The notes under the pieces were generated by a model, which did not search any database, was not told the origin of the DNA, and saw only the letters and a list, made by a program, of their open reading frames with translations. Shown here one piece after another: positions 52,186 to 60,908 of a DNA stretch of 64,000 bases. Every line of letters starts with the position of its first letter. Position 1 is the first letter of the stretch. The stretch is from positions 32,001 through 96,000 of IMG/VR virus record IMGVR_UViG_3300032893_000012; one strand, written 5' to 3'. The position numbers and the translations under genes were made by a program. Origin of the DNA: a virus.

Positions 52186-54332
52186 GAAGTCCGACCTTTC
52201 ATCTCAAGCTGCTCAGCATCGTCCGGCGAAAACACGATGAACCGCGCCTCACGATCCTCGAAGCTGTAGGTCACCAGCATGTCGTCACCAACAGGAACAA
52301 GTCCGGCAGCGTACTCAATCCCCTGATGGTCGAAGGTGAATACGCGACTCGCTTCCGTGATCTGGCCATCCTCCTCCGAGAAGAAGCGATGGAAGTACAC
52401 GTTCCGATCCTCGACAACCTTGCCGTTCTCCTCGCGGTAGTGATTGATCCGCTCGTGTACGAGCCCGCAACCGTTGTCTGAGTCGAACGCCCCACCTCGC
52501 CACATCCCCGCCGACATCGGTGGCCATGTGCGGATCCGTTCGGTGCACTGCCCTGTCTCGAGATCGATCTCGAGCACGACGAAAGGATCGTATGAGTAGA
52601 TGAGCTCGAGGCGCCCTTTGTTGCTCCGTGGAACCCAGTTCTTTTCGCAGTCGGTTGCCTTGTCGTACTTGAGATCCGTAAGGTGCATGACATCGAGCCC
52701 GTCGCTCGACAGACACCCGAGCACGACCCGTGGCCCCCGTGGGGGGTGCCCGTCGAACGTAGTCGCGGTGAACCAGATCTGACCCTGGTGCAAACACCAA
52801 CGCTGGTCCTCGAGCCCTCGAATCTGGTCGTGTGCGCGCCAACCGTTCCAGAGCCCGTTCTGGATACCTACCCGCTGCGTACCAAGAAACTCCTGCTTCG
52901 AGAAGTCGGCCGAAAGCCTAACGACGGCCGTCTTCGTACGAATGACTCGATCCGGATCGCGCGACTCGTACCACCGCCCTCGCTCCTGCGAGTAGTTCAC
53001 GAGACGTACGCCCACGAGGAATCCGTCGCCACTTCGCACGATCGTCGGCGTCGACGGCGCCCAACGACCTCCCTCGAGCACCTCTTCAGGGATCTCGAAG
53101 ATGCCGCGGTGTTTCGCCTTCACCGCCGGTGGCGTGTAGAAGCCGGCCGTTCGAAGGACGAAGTCTTGAAACCCTGCTCCGCGCTCGCGCGCGTACGCGA
53201 GGCGGTCGCATGCCGCGAGACCGCCTTCGAGATCGCCTACGTAGTACGACGCGATTGCAATTTCTTCGTTCGCCTTCGCCGTGCGCGCACTCTCATCTAC
53301 GAAGAGCCGATCCTTCGAAGGAGGAAGACTCGATGCAGTCTTCGCAAAGAGAAGCGTGAGTGCATTCTTGCCCATCAGGCGGAAGTGCTTCGCGATCTCT
53401 GCCGGCACCTCAGGCCGCCCCGGACGATAGTTGTAAGCGTCGAGCAAGATCTCGATGCCAGGGCCTGGCTTACCAGTAAGGCGCGTGAGGTGGAGCTCGG
53501 TGAGCCCCTGCTTGTACCTCGAGAACCACCGCTCCTCGTCCCAATCGCCGGCGTCGTAACGCTTCTGATAGAACTCAGACGCCGTCCGAAAACGCCCGAT
53601 GGCGATTTCTGGACGCTTCAACTCTTCGGCGCGCTGCGCCCAGTGGTAGTGGCTTTCAGCAAGGTAGAAAAGCGCACGCACGCTTGACGGATCGTCTTCT
53701 AGATCCTTCACCAGGAGCTCGATGTCGCGCTCGTGTTTGCGTCCGTGTTCACCGCCATCGTTTTGATCATCAATCCAGACGCCGTCGAACCGGATCGGGA
53801 AGACGTCGGGGAACGGAGCCCAGTGTTCGTGGGTTCTTCCGACACAACGCCAGTCATGATCCAGTCGGATGAGCCGAACATTTTCGTACACCAGTGCTCC
53901 GCTCCGCTGATCGAGGCAATAGACCGGGTACACGAGTCTCTCCCGAAACTTAGGATCATCGACCCTGAGCACCATGTCCGCGTCAACGAGGAGTAGGTAA
54001 GTGTTCGTTCCGTCGAAATGAAATTCGCGGAGCGCATGTCGGCGAGCTGCCTGCGCCGCACGAGTGCGGTTGTACCCGAAGTCCCGCCATGGCTCGCGTA
54101 CAACGTGGGCACCGTGTTCACGGGCGATCTCTTCGGTCCGATCGCGACCGTTGACGGAGACGACCATCAGGTCGACGTGAGGCGAAACAGACGCGAGGCA
54201 ACGCCCGATGACCCGCTCCTCGTTGCCGGCGATCATCGACAGAACGATCCTGGGCGTGCGGACGGCGTGTCTGGAAACTTCAACTAGCGGGTGAGTCAAC
54301 AGATCCTCTCCTTCATGGTGCCGGTTCGACAC
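52182..54332 (-). CDS. GT2 glycosyltransferase + TPR + GH130-like propeller
   Basis: LSMIAGNEE..IGRCL, LLVDADM, GRTHE; TPR helices; GLEDQR, EKNWVP, IEYAAGL. Confidence 0.85.
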   Translation of the reverse strand: MSNRHHEGEDLLTHPLVEVSRHAVRTPRIVLSMIAGNEERVIGRCLASVSPHVDLMVVSVNGRDRTEEIAREHGAHVVREPWRDFGYNRTRAAQAARRHALREFHFDGTNTYLLLVDADMVLRVDDPKFRERLVYPVYCLDQRSGALVYENVRLIRLDHDWRCVGRTHEHWAPFPDVFPIRFDGVWIDDQNDGGEHGRKHERDIELLVKDLEDDPSSVRALFYLAESHYHWAQRAEELKRPEIAIGRFRTASEFYQKRYDAGDWDEERWFSRYKQGLTELHLTRLTGKPGPGIEILLDAYNYRPGRPEVPAEIAKHFRLMGKNALTLLFAKTASSLPPSKDRLFVDESARTAKANEEIAIASYYVGDLEGGLAACDRLAYARERGAGFQDFVLRTAGFYTPPAVKAKHRGIFEIPEEVLEGGRWAPSTPTIVRSGDGFLVGVRLVNYSQERGRWYESRDPDRVIRTKTAVVRLSADFSKQEFLGTQRVGIQNGLWNGWRAHDQIRGLEDQRWCLHQGQIWFTATTFDGHPPRGPRVVLGCLSSDGLDVMHLTDLKYDKATDCEKNWVPRSNKGRLELIYSYDPFVVLEIDLETGQCTERIRTWPPMSAGMWRGGAFDSDNGCGLVHERINHYREENGKVVEDRNVYFHRFFSEEDGQITEASRVFTFDHQGIEYAAGLVPVGDDMLVTYSFEDREARFIVFSPDDAEQLEMKGRTS

Positions 54333-54696
54333 TTTTCAGTCTAAACCACGACTCTCGACTGAGTATGTTCATGACATCTTCGGCGCGGTCGGACTGCACT
54401 GTGATGATCTGCACCTCTAAACCAGTCGCTTGTAGATACGTTAAAAACGTATCTCCGAATGAGCGCAACACAGCTCTCTCGTCCATTTTCTCTGGAAAAC
54501 GAATGGAGTACCACCGTTTTTCATCGGTGCTATCGAACACCTTCTTGTCGTTATGGTAACGGAACCGGTACATAGCCTCCCAATGGCTCGCTCCTGCGTC
54601 CTTCCACACTGCTGCCATCACATCGAACGGAACGTTCGTGGCGCAGGCGAAGTACCAGCGCGAAAAAAAGCGGCCGTCTCGAACTTCGATTGTCAT
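54313..54696 (-). CDS. Hypothetical protein
   Basis: 127 aa; YRFRY..D.KVFDS.D.K.WY. Confidence 0.6.
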   Translation of the reverse strand: MTIEVRDGRFFSRWYFACATNVPFDVMAAVWKDAGASHWEAMYRFRYHNDKKVFDSTDEKRWYSIRFPEKMDERAVLRSFGDTFLTYLQATGLEVQIITVQSDRAEDVMNILSRESWFRLKSVEPAP

Positions 54697-54699
54697 GTA

Positions 54700-54963
54700 T
54701 CATTGTCCTCGGATTCGCTTGGCAATACGATCCCGCGCCCGTTCAGAAGCCTCTAGCTGCCTACGAAGAACAGCGCGCTGCTCTAGAGATGATTCCATAA
54801 TCAGGCGCCGCCGAGTGTCGCCGATGACCTCTTCGAGTTCTGTGAAGAGTTCCTCGTCAGTACGAGCAAGGGCGCGCTTCTTGAGATCGTCGTCGGATGA
54901 CATAGGTGTGAAGCGTAGCTCGGCAGGAAGAATTGCGCGAACAGGAGTCGCCATCTTGGTCAT
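54700..54963 (-). CDS. Hypothetical protein
   Basis: Helical; start overlaps the upstream stop. Confidence 0.5.
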   Translation of the reverse strand: MTKMATPVRAILPAELRFTPMSSDDDLKKRALARTDEELFTELEEVIGDTRRRLIMESSLEQRAVLRRQLEASERARDRIAKRIRGQ

Positions 54964-55166
54964 ACCTGTATTCCTGACACTCTGCTCTCTCCCAAAATCC
55001 ACCGGTGGATGGTGCGTCGATCAACCCCGAGCGCAAGCGCCGCCTTGGACTTGTTGCCACGATGGAGCATCAGTACCGCTTTGACGTATCTTCGAAGAAG
55101 CTCATCGAGCGAGATGAGTCCCTCGTCGGTCGTGGCACATTGGTTGAGAATTTGGACTAGCGTCAC
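54960..55166 (-). CDS. Fis-type HTH protein
   Basis: YVKAVL..HRGNKSKAALALGVDRRTIHR matches HTH_8. Confidence 0.8.
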   Translation of the reverse strand: MTLVQILNQCATTDEGLISLDELLRRYVKAVLMLHRGNKSKAALALGVDRRTIHRWILGESRVSGIQV

Positions 55167-55420
55167 AATTTTTTCCTGTATTCGAGAATGTCTCGAACTT
55201 GAATATCAAAGCGTTCGCTCAGAGCCATTGCGAACTGGAAGTCATGTTGAGTGGCGTCGGGAAAACCCAAGACACGAGATACATACGCCACTGCTTCAGT
55301 TTTGCTCTGACTGTTGACAGGTGGCATCGGAGCGTCCTCGACGGTCACGCTCCTGTAGCGGCCGTTTGGGCGGATGTTGACCTGGGCGGGGGGTGGAATA
55401 CCGAGACGGGTGGCGGCCAT
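55163..55420 (-). CDS. Hypothetical protein
   Basis: 85 aa, coupled to neighbours. Confidence 0.5.
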   Translation of the reverse strand: MAATRLGIPPPAQVNIRPNGRYRSVTVEDAPMPPVNSQSKTEAVAYVSRVLGFPDATQHDFQFAMALSERFDIQVRDILEYRKKL

Positions 55421-55648
55421 CTACTTCGTTTCCATCAAGAGACGCTTCGCGAGTTCTTCTTTCGCCTTCTTAAGCCACAAATCCACTTTCCCTTGCTCTG
55501 TTGCGAGCAAGTGTGAAACGTAGGTCATAGATGCCTGTTGTCTTCCGGCACTCATGATTGCGTCAACAAGCCCGTCTGTTGTTAATTCGTCGGGTTGATC
55601 TGACCAGAATTCCAACCCTTTTATACATAGCTCATTAAGTGCGCCCAT
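55421..55648 (-). CDS. Hypothetical protein
   Basis: 75 aa, abuts the next gene. Confidence 0.5.
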   Translation of the reverse strand: MGALNELCIKGLEFWSDQPDELTTDGLVDAIMSAGRQQASMTYVSHLLATEQGKVDLWLKKAKEELAKRLLMETK

Positions 55649-55938
55649 TTTTTAACTCACAATGTCCTCATAGGATCACTCCCAATATACGTTCATCCTG
55701 CTTCGCTAGCGCGTGTTCGATGGCGTCGCTCGCCTCACGAGGAGTCATACTTTTTCCGTCGTCGCTGAGCGGCACCAGGCTTCATAAACACGCACGGCGA
55801 GGACGCCGTATGGCGTCAGGTCGAACTCTTCGTCTTCTATGCGTATGAGCCCTCGTCGAGCGAGATCGTTGGCGTGCACCTAGGAGATCCCCTTCTTCGG
55901 AGGTATGAGCGCCGCGTAGTCGCGCGGAGAGAGAGATT

Positions 55939-56199
55939 TCACTGGAGCACCATCATGAGCCAGCGCTCGACCTTGGTTACATCCTCGCCGTTGCGGAGTT
56001 TGGATGCGGCCTCCTCGATCGTTTCGGCTCGGATTATATCTCTGCGCGCGAGCGCCGGCCATTGTTGCGGCTCGACGTCTTTGACGCCTTCGACGTCTTC
56101 GTTCGATGCTGCCGGCGTTCGGGTGCGCTCGACGTGTCTCAACCCTAGCCATGTCACGAAAGACAGGAATGCAAGAACTGCGACCACAATCGTCATCAT
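55939..56199 (-). CDS. Small membrane-anchored protein
   Basis: GGAGG upstream; N-terminal TM. Confidence 0.55.
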   Translation of the reverse strand: MMTIVVAVLAFLSFVTWLGLRHVERTRTPAASNEDVEGVKDVEPQQWPALARRDIIRAETIEEAASKLRNGEDVTKVERWLMMVLQ

Positions 56200-56341
56200 C
56201 GAAACCTCCGAACGGCTCGGCGACACGCCGCTTGAGCTCCTTTTTTTCGGTCGTCCGTCATGGTGCTCAAAGCAGCGGCCACGTCTCCGACTGCAAACTC
56301 GATAGCTTCGAAGTCCGGGCCGTTGATCGGGATGCGGATCG

Positions 56342-56722
56342 TCATGGCTGCTTTCCGAAGCGCGCTTCGTCGTACTTCCGGAGTACGCTCTGCGCGTCTT
56401 CGCCGGGCGACGCCGAAAGAATGATGCCATTGAACGTTCCTCGCACCGTTTGCCAGAGGCGGTCCGAGTGGAACACCATGTCACTCGCGAATTGTCCGAT
56501 ATCACCGCCTAGCTCGAACCAGTCCGCGCGATTCTTCTCCATTTGCGCGACCTGTCGGTTGCGCCGCTCCTCGGTTCGGAGTTCCTGCTCGTACTTCTCA
56601 AGCTCCAGGCGGAAGGTTCGAGCCGCTTCTGAATTCGGGTATGGCTGGTCTTTGCTCCCCGTCATGCGCTGAAACGCCACGGTGAGCCGACCGATCCGGA
56701 TGAGATGGTCCCTGGGAGTCAT
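56342..56722 (-). CDS. Hypothetical protein
   Basis: MTPRDHLIR start overlapping the upstream stop. Confidence 0.5.
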   Translation of the reverse strand: MTPRDHLIRIGRLTVAFQRMTGSKDQPYPNSEAARTFRLELEKYEQELRTEERRNRQVAQMEKNRADWFELGGDIGQFASDMVFHSDRLWQTVRGTFNGIILSASPGEDAQSVLRKYDEARFGKQP

Positions 56723-57006
56723 GTTACCTTCTGGCGGAGCGGATCGACAGTTTCCCATCGTCCGTCTTCCGTCTCGTACGCGACGAAACAAGTCCAGCTA
56801 TGTGGCCCGAAACGCGCCGCGACGAACCGACACCTGATACCGACGCTCACGGCGAGCGCGATGACGAACAAGCAGGCATCGTCGGCGTCTACGACACCGG
56901 ACCACCGGCGGTGAAGTTCGTCGACGAGCGCGCGCATCTTGGAGTTCCGGTCGGGTTCGCTGTCCGTCAGCTCTCGTGCGAGGCGACTGATGTAGTCGGC
57001 GTTCAT
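56719..57006 (-). CDS. Minimal transglutaminase-like protein lacking the catalytic Cys/His
   Basis: VDADDACLFVIALAVSVGIRCRFV...WTCFV..E..DGRWETVDP aligns with the TGase core, with DCD>DAD and H>C. Confidence 0.65.
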   Translation of the reverse strand: MNADYISRLARELTDSEPDRNSKMRALVDELHRRWSGVVDADDACLFVIALAVSVGIRCRFVAARFGPHSWTCFVAYETEDGRWETVDPLRQKVT

Positions 57007-57191
57007 TCTTCCTCACTCTCACGCATATCGCGTGCGCCTGCCGCCGGCGTCGGTTCGAAGTCGAACTTGAGCTGAGCTCCGCACGCCGGACATTTTTCCG
57101 GTGTGTCGGATGGCTTGTCGATCGGATGTGTGAGTCGGCACTCCCGACACCAGACTACGAGAGCCCCGATTGGACTGGTGGACACTTTCAT
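57003..57191 (-). CDS. Zn-ribbon protein
   Basis: CREC...CPACG. Confidence 0.55.
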   Translation of the reverse strand: MKVSTSPIGALVVWCRECRLTHPIDKPSDTPEKCPACGAQLKFDFEPTPAAGARDMRESEEE

Positions 57192-57488
57192 CGGAAACAT
57201 CCCGCAAGAAGTACCAACGGCCACACCGCAACAACGAACAGGAAGTCGAAAATGGTCATCTCGCCGCAGTCGACTCGTTCGGTAAAGAGAACCGCAACGA
57301 TGACGCCGAGGATGAGGTAGCCGGTGATGAGGAGGGCGGTCACTGTATCTCCACACGCACCGAAACGATTTCGTGGTCCAAACTGGACGAGATGGGGCAA
57401 CCGAAGTCGAGCAGCGTCGGATGGCCGCGATGGGACCACGGGATTACCGCGACGAGCTCGTTACCGATCAGGAGGCCGTACCAGGTGG

Positions 57489-57863
57489 TCATCGCCCTTC
57501 TGTCTCTTCTGCGAGTGCCTGCGGCTCATGAGCCCTCAACCGGCTTGCCCACTTCCGAGCGAACGCAGCCCGCTTCTCAGGGTGAATCGCGCACTCGGGG
57601 TTCGCGGCGATCTTGCGTAGCTCACGTCTCAGATCGAGGCCACGTCGGCGATAGGAACGCAGGATGGCTTGCAGGTTGTGTGCTGCTAACTCGCCGCTGG
57701 AGGGCTGTATACCAGCGTGCGCGCGCACGACGGTGTCAATCATATCGACCGCGGTCTCAACCATCGTCGACGTCGGACGAGGCTTCTTAAGCTTGCGCAC
57801 CCAGCTCGGTAACGGCTGTCGTGAGCGATAGAACTCGAGATCGGTGTAGGTCGGAAAGGCCAT
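57489..57863 (-). CDS. Hypothetical basic protein
   Basis: 124-aa ORF in the operon. Confidence 0.5.
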   Translation of the reverse strand: MAFPTYTDLEFYRSRQPLPSWVRKLKKPRPTSTMVETAVDMIDTVVRAHAGIQPSSGELAAHNLQAILRSYRRRGLDLRRELRKIAANPECAIHPEKRAAFARKWASRLRAHEPQALAEETEGR

Positions 57864-57868
57864 AGTGT

Positions 57869-58417
57869 TCACGCGAGCTCCGTGTTGAGGGCCTCGGGGG
57901 CAACTGCGCGCACGGTCCCGACCGCGATGGCGCCAGTGAAAAGGCCGCCAAGATGGCAGCCAAACGAGGCGCTTTCGCTACCGCCGAAAAAGGCGAACCA
58001 GACATTGACCGCTCCGAAGGCGAGGACGAAACCGAGGAGTCGCGGCCTCAACACTCCGGCAACCGCGAGGAGCCCGAAGATCGCCCCACTGGCTCCGACC
58101 AGGGGCGTCGTGGTGTTCGGGTCAACCAGGTAGTGGACGCCGGCGCCGCCGAGTCCCGCGGCCGCGAAGAGGGCCAGGAGAGCGATGCTCCCGAGGGCTC
58201 CCTCGACGACACCGCCGAAAACGATCAAGAAGGCCAGATTACCGGCCAGGTGTAACGCGCTCCCCGGATCGTGGAAAAACACGCTCGAAAGAGCTGTTCC
58301 GAGTTCCGCCTTGGCTGGAACGAAGCCGTAGGCCCGGCAAAGTGCCATCCCGTCCCCGCCCAGCTCGAGGCCATAAATTCCAGCCATAACGACCGCCAGA
58401 AGAACCGTTGCTCTCAT
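57869..58417 (-). CDS. Rhomboid family intramembrane serine protease
   Basis: FFH...HLAGNL, catalytic VGASGAIFG, CHLGGL; multiple TMs. Confidence 0.9.
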   Translation of the reverse strand: MRATVLLAVVMAGIYGLELGGDGMALCRAYGFVPAKAELGTALSSVFFHDPGSALHLAGNLAFLIVFGGVVEGALGSIALLALFAAAGLGGAGVHYLVDPNTTTPLVGASGAIFGLLAVAGVLRPRLLGFVLAFGAVNVWFAFFGGSESASFGCHLGGLFTGAIAVGTVRAVAPEALNTELA

Positions 58418-58430
58418 GTTGAGTCCTACG

Positions 58431-58506
58431 ATGAGTACCCCGCCGGTCTTCCCTTGTCAACCGTTGAATCTTATTTGGTTGACAAGGAAGGTCTGTCGTA
58501 TACCAT
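58431..58506. promoter_or_regulatory. Back-to-back divergent sigma70-like promoters forming an inverted repeat
   Basis: CCTTGTCAACC-14 bp-GGTTGACAAGG. Plus: TTGACA-16-TACCAT. Minus: TTGACA-17-TACTCA. Sits at the strand switch. Confidence 0.7.
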
Positions 58507-58565
58507 GCGTAGGAGCTCCAGGTCAGGACCCCGAGTTCGGGGACCCCCCAAAGGAGACACCCAAA

Positions 58566-58853
58566 ATGGCCAGAAAGAATTCACTTGCAACGATTCGCAA
58601 CACCATGAGCGTCGCGGAGCTCCACTCCGTTTCTCGGGAGACGGCGCTCCTCGCGGCGAATCGGGAGGTCGCCTCGCTCGAGGAGGCGCTCGAGATCATC
58701 GACCGCGCCAAGACCGCCGCCGAAGCCGTATTCTCGACTACCGCCTCCGTCCACGCGCGACACGAAATCGTTGCGGCGGCCGTCGCGCTCAGCGGGGCGG
58801 TCACTCATCTGGGGGCGGCGATCAAGTCGATCACCTCAGGAGGCACACCGTGA
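58566..58853 (+). CDS. Hypothetical protein
   Basis: AAGGAG upstream of MARKNSL. Confidence 0.6.
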   Translation: MARKNSLATIRNTMSVAELHSVSRETALLAANREVASLEEALEIIDRAKTAAEAVFSTTASVHARHEIVAAAVALSGAVTHLGAAIKSITSGGTP

Positions 58854-59071
58854 CCCCGGTGGTAGTCGTCGGTCAGATCTGGATCGACAACGACAAGCGA
58901 CTCGAGGGTAAGCGTGCCGTCCGCATCGATTCGCTCGATCACAGTCATGCGCACTGCACGGTCGGCTTGATCGTCGACGGCGCGTTCGTCCCTGCCAACC
59001 GTCGGACCGACATCCTTCTGAAGCGATTCCGCCCTACCGCGACCGGTTACCGGCTTGCTGAAACGCCATGA
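58850..59071 (+). CDS. Small SH3-like phage protein
   Basis: VGQIWIDNDKR...RFRPTATGYRL; GGAGG upstream. Confidence 0.6.
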   Translation: MTPVVVVGQIWIDNDKRLEGKRAVRIDSLDHSHAHCTVGLIVDGAFVPANRRTDILLKRFRPTATGYRLAETP

Positions 59072-59277
59072 AGAGAAGAATTTTCGAAGCGCGTCTCGAC
59101 GTCGAACGAGCCGCCCGCAAGACAACCATCGAGCGCGCGCGCCGAATGACGGCCGAACTCCAGGAGCACGAGAAGCTTCGCAAGACCCTCGAAGCTGTAC
59201 GCGCAAAGCTCGAAGCGCATCGTGTGAAGCAAGAAGCGTCTCGCGATGTGGTGGCGCGCCCTCGGGGCGAGCCGTGA
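59068..59277 (+). CDS. Coiled-coil protein
   Basis: 69 aa, coupled to neighbours. Confidence 0.5.
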   Translation: MKRRIFEARLDVERAARKTTIERARRMTAELQEHEKLRKTLEAVRAKLEAHRVKQEASRDVVARPRGEP

Positions 59278-59648
59278 CGATGACATCCAGCGAAGCAAGT
59301 GAACTGCTCGGGCGTGTAATCGGCGACACGCCCGAGCAGCTCAAGTTCGCTCAAGCGCTCCGACGAGCCAAACAGGCGCTCGACATCCTCACAGTGCTCG
59401 ATGAGCACCTCGGTTTGAATGAGCCAGTCACGATCGAAAACCGCGCGTTCGAATGGTGCGTGACACGCGGTCATAGAACGCATATTGGTAGCGATCCGAC
59501 TGACGCGCTCGAACAGCTCTGCGCCACGCTCACGGCCGAGGCGCCTGATATCGAATGGGCAGCATGCCCCGGTTGCGGCGAGCTCAATCGTGTTGACGGG
59601 GGAGCCGTAGTCCACAAGAAAGGCTGTCGAGCCTTCGGGCGTCTGTGA
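59274..59648 (+). CDS. Hypothetical protein with CPGC..H..C motif
   Basis: GTGA coupling. Confidence 0.5.
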   Translation: MTMTSSEASELLGRVIGDTPEQLKFAQALRRAKQALDILTVLDEHLGLNEPVTIENRAFEWCVTRGHRTHIGSDPTDALEQLCATLTAEAPDIEWAACPGCGELNRVDGGAVVHKKGCRAFGRL

Positions 59649-59663
59649 AAAAAAAAAAAAAAA
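59648..59663 (+). repeat. A16 homopolymer
   Basis: 16 consecutive A between a stop codon and the RHH start. Confidence 0.9.
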
Positions 59664-59666
59664 GAG

Positions 59667-59861
59667 ATGGCACCCAAGAAGCAAGAACAGTGGATTCAAA
59701 CCGCGATCCGTCTGCCCAAGGAGTTGCTCGATCGAGCAGAGAAAATCGCAGACACGATGCGCCAACCTGGAGTGAGATTCAAACGCGCGGACGCCATTCG
59801 CGTAGCGGCCACTCGCGGCATGGAGATGCTCGAAAATGAGCATGCCGGTAAAAAGAAGTGA
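59667..59861 (+). CDS. Ribbon-helix-helix regulator
   Basis: IQTAIRLPKELLDRAE...RADAIRVA. Confidence 0.7.
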   Translation: MAPKKQEQWIQTAIRLPKELLDRAEKIADTMRQPGVRFKRADAIRVAATRGMEMLENEHAGKKK

Positions 59862-60046
59862 AACTGCCACCCGGATTCCCTGAGAAAATTTGGCTCGTCG
59901 TCCGTCCGAGCGGAGAACGTCATTTCATCCATCGAGAGCCGCTCGAAGGAATGGCGGAATGGGCGAAGGGGCTCGATGCAACAATCGTCGAGTATTCATG
60001 TGGCACCGTTGTGCATACCCCACCGCAACGAAGAAAGAACGTCTAA
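59858..60046 (+). CDS. Hypothetical protein
   Basis: 62 aa, GTGA coupling. Confidence 0.45.
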   Translation: MKLPPGFPEKIWLVVRPSGERHFIHREPLEGMAEWAKGLDATIVEYSCGTVVHTPPQRRKNV

Positions 60047-60097
60047 AATGTACGAAGTCGACGCCTCATACCCATCAAAAGAAGGAAGACCAATACC

Positions 60098-60895
60098 ATG
60101 AGAGTTCACCTGATGTGCATCGATGCACAGAACGATTTCACCGACCCGAACGGCTCGCTCTACGTCAAGGGCGGCGACGCCAACGTCGGACGCACCGCCA
60201 AGATGATCGAGCGACTCTTACCGAAGATCACTGAGATCACGACGACGATGGATAGTCATCGGAAGATCGATATTAGTCACCCCATGTGGTTTCTGGACGA
60301 CCACGGAAAGCACCCGGCCCCGTTCACGCTGATCACAGCTGCGGACATCGAGTCCGGCAAGTGGCGAACGACGCAACTCTCCGCGCGGAAGCGGACCATC
60401 GCCTACCTGAATGCCCTTGCGGCCACGAACCGCTACCCGCACGTCATCTGGCCGGAGCATTGCTTGATCGGCGACCAGGGGCACAACATCCATCCGACGC
60501 TCGCCGCCGCCATCCACGCTTGGGAAGAGAAGCGCTACGCGATGGTCGACGTCGTCACGAAGGGCTCGAACCCCTGGACGGAGCATTTCTCCGCCGTGCA
60601 GGCCGAGGTGCCCGATCCGGAGGACCCCTCGACGCAGGTAAACCGCCGCCTGATCGAGGCGCTCGAGAGCGCCGACATCATCATATGGACCGGTGAGGCA
60701 CTCTCCCACTGCCTCGCAAACACGTTCCGAGACGTCGTGAAAAACTTCTCGGATCCCGCCTACGTGCAGAAGATGACGCTCCTCACCGACGCGACGTCTC
60801 CAGTGCCGACGTTCGAGAAGTACGGCGAGGACTTCATCCGAGACATGACCGCGCTCGGGATGAAGCTCTCCACCACGACCGACATTCTGAGCTGA
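60098..60895 (+). CDS. Nicotinamidase/isochorismatase-family cysteine hydrolase
   Basis: IDAQNDF, DSH, WPEHC, TKG, SHCL: Asp-Lys-Cys triad plus metal ligands. Confidence 0.85.
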   Translation: MRVHLMCIDAQNDFTDPNGSLYVKGGDANVGRTAKMIERLLPKITEITTTMDSHRKIDISHPMWFLDDHGKHPAPFTLITAADIESGKWRTTQLSARKRTIAYLNALAATNRYPHVIWPEHCLIGDQGHNIHPTLAAAIHAWEEKRYAMVDVVTKGSNPWTEHFSAVQAEVPDPEDPSTQVNRRLIEALESADIIIWTGEALSHCLANTFRDVVKNFSDPAYVQKMTLLTDATSPVPTFEKYGEDFIRDMTALGMKLSTTTDILS

Positions 60896-60908
60896 AGGGA
60901 AGACGACG

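Noticed and set aside
50231-53687. 547-aa and 334-aa + strand ORFs
   Set aside because: Antisense to well-supported glycosyltransferase genes; expected in high-GC DNA.
45013-54332. Host O-antigen/capsule locus or DNA hypermodification cluster
   Set aside because: No flippase, polymerase, nucleotide-sugar or nucleotide-modifying genes, and the cluster is interspersed with phage-type small ORFs. Not fully excluded.
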